The translations under genes and the position numbers were made by a program. From the IMG/VR virus record IMGVR_UViG_3300013121_000008, positions 128,001-158,130 of that record: 30,130 bases of DNA; one strand, given 5' to 3'. This document shows, in pieces, positions 26,165 to 30,130 of the stretch. The stretch's first letter is position 1; each line of letters opens with the position of its first letter. The notes beneath the pieces were generated by a model. That model saw only the letters and a program-made list of their open reading frames with translations, searched no databases and was not told where the DNA came from. This DNA is from a virus. Lineage: Duplodnaviria > Heunggongvirae > Uroviricota > Caudoviricetes.

Positions 26165-27883
26165 TTAATTTTCTATTGAGTTTATAATGTTCTTTATCGT
26201 TAAGTTTTCTCTTGCATCTAAAATTTTATTAAATCTTTCTGCATAATCTTCATTTTCTTTAATTGAAATTAAGAATTCTATTTTCATATAGTTAATTAAT
26301 TTTTGGAATGCATCTTCATGGTCGAATAAATATTTCAGAAAAGGGGTAACCATAACAGGATTATTAACTGTTTTTTCTATTAAGCTTTTCTTGATTACGT
26401 CTGAAGAGGCGCTTAAGATATTGTTAATATAATTTTCTATATTTGTATTTCTTAATTCAAACTCTAAACTAACTGGATTAGACCACATAGGTAATACGTC
26501 TACTAAGCTACCACCTTTAGAATGAATTTCTAAGGCGTAATCTAAACGTCTTGGACTAATGAAATTTTCTTCCATTGATTTTTGTTTGTTTTTGATTAAT
26601 ATATTATAAGTATCTGACCACCAGTTTAAGGCTATATTACTAATTACAGCACCATATTTATTATCAAAATATTCTTTATCTGGTTTATTTTCTACTTCGA
26701 TTACTGCGTGGAATCTGTCTAATAAAGCAGGGTCTAATTTTTCTGTATCGTAAGAACTTTCTTCGTCGTCTGGGTTAATTGCGCCCCAAACAAATTTTAG
26801 TCCAGGTATTGGATTACCGTTAATGGTCTTAAATTGAATCAATTCCATAACAGCATTTTTTACCTTCTTAGGTGCTCTATTTAATTCATCAAAGAATAAA
26901 GCATCGATTTGATTTCCCTTACTAAATCTTTCTGGTGGTATTAAATGAATGAATTCATAATTAACGTTATCAATTTTTTGTTTAGTGTCTTTAGGAATAC
27001 CAATTAAGTCAACCCAGGGGTCTAATGTTGACGCCGAAAAATAAATATAATTTAAACCATGTTTTTTAAAGGTATCTAAAATTAAAGAAGTTTTACCCGT
27101 ACCATGATAGCCTTTAAGTAATACATTGAAATTGTTTTTTGCATAAAAATCTAATTTGTCATTAATCTTATTCATAATAATTTCCTCTCCTTTTTCCGAT
27201 GAATCTTCTAAAATATAAGTTATGTTTTTTGAATTTACTTCTAATACTTTTTTATTGTTTAATAACAATTCAATTTTTTTATTTTGTTTATTTTGTTTAT
27301 CAATTGCAGTTATCCAGGTTTTAAAAATATCAGATTTTAATCCAGCTTGTTTGATAATCTTGTTATCTATGATATCCCAAGTATCTACTTTTTCTTTCTT
27401 TTTATAATGAGAATTATGGTTTGTAGTTATATAACTACAACTTATTTCTGATTTCTTTAATTCTCCAAAATCATATATAAATTCTTTTGTCAATTTCGAA
27501 GATGTTTTATCTCCTACTTTTATTTTATATTTTTTAATTAAGTTCTTAAATTTATCTAATTCTTTTTTTTCTTGTTCCATAATAATTTCTTTGAATTCTT
27601 GTTCTGTATATTTTATATTATTTAAATACCAAACTTTTGTCCCGTCTGCGTATTCGACTGCCGGTCCATCTTCTCTATGTCTAGCTCCATTATTCCACCA
27701 TTGTTTAATTCCTTCAAAAGTAATGATTGCTGGATCGTTTTCTCTATGAAGTTTTCCATTTTGGTACCAATATTCACATCCATTATAAGTAATAAAAGCT
27801 GGACCATCTTCTCTATGAGCTAAACCATCTTTATACCAAGCTTTATCTCCATTAGATAAGTCTTTAAATTCAATTTTACTCAT
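26165..27883 (-). CDS. MoxR/AAA5-type ATPase with N-terminal HRE(D/N)(G/D)PA repeat domain
   Basis: GYHGTGKT, DLIGIP, LFFDELNRA, GAINP, LDPALLDRF, SPRR; three HREDGPA-type repeats at the N-terminus. Confidence 0.88.
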   Translation of the reverse strand: MSKIEFKDLSNGDKAWYKDGLAHREDGPAFITYNGCEYWYQNGKLHRENDPAIITFEGIKQWWNNGARHREDGPAVEYADGTKVWYLNNIKYTEQEFKEIIMEQEKKELDKFKNLIKKYKIKVGDKTSSKLTKEFIYDFGELKKSEISCSYITTNHNSHYKKKEKVDTWDIIDNKIIKQAGLKSDIFKTWITAIDKQNKQNKKIELLLNNKKVLEVNSKNITYILEDSSEKGEEIIMNKINDKLDFYAKNNFNVLLKGYHGTGKTSLILDTFKKHGLNYIYFSASTLDPWVDLIGIPKDTKQKIDNVNYEFIHLIPPERFSKGNQIDALFFDELNRAPKKVKNAVMELIQFKTINGNPIPGLKFVWGAINPDDEESSYDTEKLDPALLDRFHAVIEVENKPDKEYFDNKYGAVISNIALNWWSDTYNILIKNKQKSMEENFISPRRLDYALEIHSKGGSLVDVLPMWSNPVSLEFELRNTNIENYINNILSASSDVIKKSLIEKTVNNPVMVTPFLKYLFDHEDAFQKLINYMKIEFLISIKENEDYAERFNKILDARENLTIKNIINSIEN

Positions 27884-27925
27884 AGAAATTCCTTATAATT
27901 TTTAATCATTCATAGTTTTAGATAA

Positions 27926-28002
27926 TGGGGTGACAGAGGAGATTCGAACTCCCGATCATCGAGTCACAGTCGATTGCTTTGGGCCTCTAAGCTACTGCCA
28001 AC
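27926..28002 (-). tRNA. tRNA-His (GTG)
   Basis: ATCGA CTGTGAC TCGAT anticodon arm; GGGAG TTCGAAT CTCCT; G-1, C73, encoded CCA. Confidence 0.92.
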
Positions 28003-28037
28003 ACGTTATTAATATAACATTTGTATTTAATGGTTAA

Positions 28038-28114
28038 TGGTCGAACAGATAGGACTTGAACCTATGGCCTTTGAGGTATCAGCTCAATGCTCTAACCAAC
28101 TGAGCTACTGTTCG
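28038..28114 (-). tRNA. tRNA-Ile (GAT)
   Basis: CGAACAG/CTGTTCG acceptor; AGCTCAGTTGGTTAGAGC; TTGAG CTGATAC CTCAA; GTTCAAGTC; ACCA. Confidence 0.95.
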
Positions 28115-28124
28115 ATGAAAAATA

Positions 28125-28263
28125 GATTTAAGATAACAATAGATTTGAACTATTATACGCGTCCCGTCGGACTATTTGTCTTCCAAAGTTAAGGGAATTG
28201 AACCCAACATCTCACCAAGAGCGGGCGGATTTGAACCGCTTACGTTCCTTTTTATCTTAAATC
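28125..28263 (-). ncRNA. candidate ncRNA with 12-bp closing stem and three T-loop hairpins
   Basis: GATTTAAGATAA...TTATCTTAAATC enclosing GCGG-TTCAAAT-CCGC, GGG-TTCAATT-CCC, GTCC-GACG-GGAC and AATAG-TTCAAAT-CTATT. Confidence 0.6.
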
Positions 28264-28267
28264 AAAG

Positions 28268-28344
28268 TGGTACGAGAGGTGGGACTCGAACCCACGGCCT
28301 CGCGCGTCCAAGGCGCGTAATCTACCAACTGATAATACTCCCGT
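28268..28344 (-). tRNA. tRNA-Pro (TGG)
   Basis: CGCGC CTTGGAC GCGCG; GTGGG TTCGAGT CCCAC; ACGGGAG/CTCTCGT acceptor; ACCA. Confidence 0.92.
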
Positions 28345-28426
28345 ATAATTTCTTAGTCTTTCCTAAGAGTCAAATATAATCCAGCTTTTGCTTTCTCTTG
28401 ATGTGCTCATCATAGGCCCACTTATA

Positions 28427-28876
28427 TTACTTGGGTACTTCCAAACCATAATAGTCTTCTTTATTATATCTTGCTCTCATGCTCTTCATAGTTTCTAAAT
28501 CTACTCCATGAGTATTTCTTTCAACTAATTCTTCATCAGATAAGTCACTATCATAAAGAGAAACTACCAATAAACCATATTCTGGATATTCTTTTATAAG
28601 TAAGTCTACATATTTTTTATATGCTTGGTTATTTATATTAGTGTTATCTAAAAATATATATGGAATTTTCTCTTTTAATGCTTTTTCAAATAAGTTATAG
28701 CATCTTAAATGAGCAGCATATAAATTTTCTTTATTCCATAAATAATAATCACCACATTTAAAATAATCATCTGCTGAAATAATACAAGATTTTTCTATAG
28801 CAAGATTTTTTATAAAATTTTTAATATATGTAGACTTTCCCGAACCAGGTAATCCTCTTATTATAATAAAAATCAT
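28427..28876 (-). CDS. P-loop polynucleotide kinase-like protein (AAA_33 / N4BP2-like)
   Basis: IIRGLPGSGKST, SADDYF, FLDNTN, RNTHGV. Confidence 0.85.
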   Translation of the reverse strand: MIFIIIRGLPGSGKSTYIKNFIKNLAIEKSCIISADDYFKCGDYYLWNKENLYAAHLRCYNLFEKALKEKIPYIFLDNTNINNQAYKKYVDLLIKEYPEYGLLVVSLYDSDLSDEELVERNTHGVDLETMKSMRARYNKEDYYGLEVPK

Positions 28877-28877
28877 T

Positions 28878-30128
28878 TTAATTTACTTTCTCTTTATGCA
28901 TTTTTAAATATTTCTTATAGAATAATTCAATAAAAAATATATCTTTAGGACTTAAAGGAACTTCTCCAAAAACATAAGATAATAAATATGTATAATTTTT
29001 ATATTTTAGAGCTAAGTTTTTTCTTAAGTCTTTAACAGGTCCTTTTTCGTCATCTATATAATAAAACATTTCTTTTATAATATCTTTATTTTCTTTTAAA
29101 AATATTTGATAATCATTGTTTACATTTTCTAAATGCATTCTTAATTCTTCGTAAAATTCATCTGGAATATTAGAATTATTTAGTAACGCATAATTACCAG
29201 ACTTAGTTATATTTTCAAACCATATATTTAATACTCTTGAGGGAGTAAATTCACCGGTTAAAACTTTATGTAAATAACAATAAGTATTAGACTTTATTTT
29301 TACTCTTTCTCCATCGTTGAGTTTAATAACATAGCCCTCGAAATTAGGATCATCGTTGTCTTTAATCTTTAAATAAAAATTTAAAAATGTACTGCTATTA
29401 AATTTTATGTTTTCTGTTAAAACAAAACCTGCTGAATATTTTCGTAATTCCTCATAAGAAAGAATTATTTTATTATCTTCATACCAATCATTAGTTGCTA
29501 TATCTAATAAGATTAATTCTTCATCTTTATATCTTGTTCTACAAACATTTTTATTTGATGGGCCAACATATTCAAACAAAGGAAGAAACGTCCAATCTTT
29601 ACCAACCATTTTATCAGCATATTTAATGTTTAATAATTTTTCATTATATTCCCATTTTTCTTTATAGAAAATATTCCATAAATCTAATGCTTGAATTGCT
29701 TGGTCAGATTTAAAAGAACCTCTAGTAGAAGTAAACCATTTGTTTTTCCATTTAAAAACAATAATTAATGAACCATCATGTTTATCGGTAATAGAGTCTA
29801 CATTTGTAAAATTAATATAATGAACAAGAGAGGGTTGATTAGCCGAGTAATAAGTTTTTCCAAAGTTAGTGTTTTTTTTATTAGGATGAACTTGTTCTAT
29901 ATTAAATATTTTTGGAAATGGTTTATTTAATATATAAACTTCATCGTTTTCTTCTGCTATAATCAATCCTCTACAGATTTTATTTACATCATTCCAGTTA
30001 TTATTAAATTCACAATTAGGAGTATAATTATAACCTTTTAGTTCTGGAAAATCAGGATGAACGAATTCTCTTACGTTCCCATCTTCTATTTCTTGTTTAA
30101 TTAAATCTAATAATTCTTTGTTGTTCAT
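28878..30128 (-). CDS. T4 Rnl1-like RNA ligase
   Basis: CRGLI, PFPKIFN, motif I KHDGSL, STRGSF, FEYV, EGYVI, RVKIK. Confidence 0.9.
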   Translation of the reverse strand: MNNKELLDLIKQEIEDGNVREFVHPDFPELKGYNYTPNCEFNNNWNDVNKICRGLIIAEENDEVYILNKPFPKIFNIEQVHPNKKNTNFGKTYYSANQPSLVHYINFTNVDSITDKHDGSLIIVFKWKNKWFTSTRGSFKSDQAIQALDLWNIFYKEKWEYNEKLLNIKYADKMVGKDWTFLPLFEYVGPSNKNVCRTRYKDEELILLDIATNDWYEDNKIILSYEELRKYSAGFVLTENIKFNSSTFLNFYLKIKDNDDPNFEGYVIKLNDGERVKIKSNTYCYLHKVLTGEFTPSRVLNIWFENITKSGNYALLNNSNIPDEFYEELRMHLENVNNDYQIFLKENKDIIKEMFYYIDDEKGPVKDLRKNLALKYKNYTYLLSYVFGEVPLSPKDIFFIELFYKKYLKMHKEKVN

Positions 30129-30130
30129 AA

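Noticed and set aside
2711-27807. Short shadow ORFs (2711-2905, 3444-3740, 5637-5819, 11711-11956, 12025-12264, 13756-13962, 15082-15318, 15723-15905, 25415-25690, 27222-27407 on plus; 27622-27807 on minus)
   Set aside because: They overlap well-supported genes, lack motifs, and mostly have the F/L/S/I-rich composition of antisense frames.
28176-28379. 67-aa plus-strand ORF
   Set aside because: It is the antisense reading of tRNA-Pro and the T-loop element (GIEP, GFEP and GTRTH are typical antisense-tRNA translations).
28345-28426. Hammerhead-like ATGATGA...GAAA, small hairpins and a 16-codon ORF upstream of tRNA-Pro
   Set aside because: The core deviates from CUGAUGA, flanking stems do not form and the ORF has no SD; the TCTTAG/CTAAGA hairpin (28351-28368) alone is too weak to call.
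1-30130. Genome-wide stop-codon reassignment (TAG or TGA)
   Set aside because: Long conserved genes are intact and tightly packed under code 11; only the local amber at 18401-18403 is suspicious.

Overview
A very AT-rich, densely packed segment of a large (jumbo-type) dsDNA bacteriophage genome; all but two credible genes are on the minus strand and translate cleanly with code 11. In transcription order (right to left) it holds an RNA-repair and tRNA block (Rnl1-like RNA ligase, P-loop polynucleotide kinase, tRNA-Pro/Ile/His), a MoxR-type AAA+ ATPase with a vWA-metallopeptidase partner, many small hypothetical genes (with dUTPase and a nucleoside-deoxyribosyltransferase-like gene among them), a second vWA protein, a phosphoesterase, a CCA/poly(A)-type nucleotidyltransferase, a class II ribonucleotide reductase, a dNMP kinase, RecA/UvsX, a two-gene split DnaE, another phosphoesterase, a Cas4-like nuclease and a truncated IMPDH/GMP reductase. 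The most unusual signals are RNA-level. One is a full 78-nt tRNA-like cloverleaf (Gly-type acceptor, 8-nt anticodon loop) read in frame inside a gene whose C-terminal half resembles PTH2, and whose best start codon is followed by an in-frame amber. Another is a 139-nt candidate ncRNA between two tRNAs, with a 12-bp closing stem and three separate T-loop hairpins. A third is an ~88-nt structured intergenic element. All calls come from motif recognition by eye; no searches or folding programs were run.
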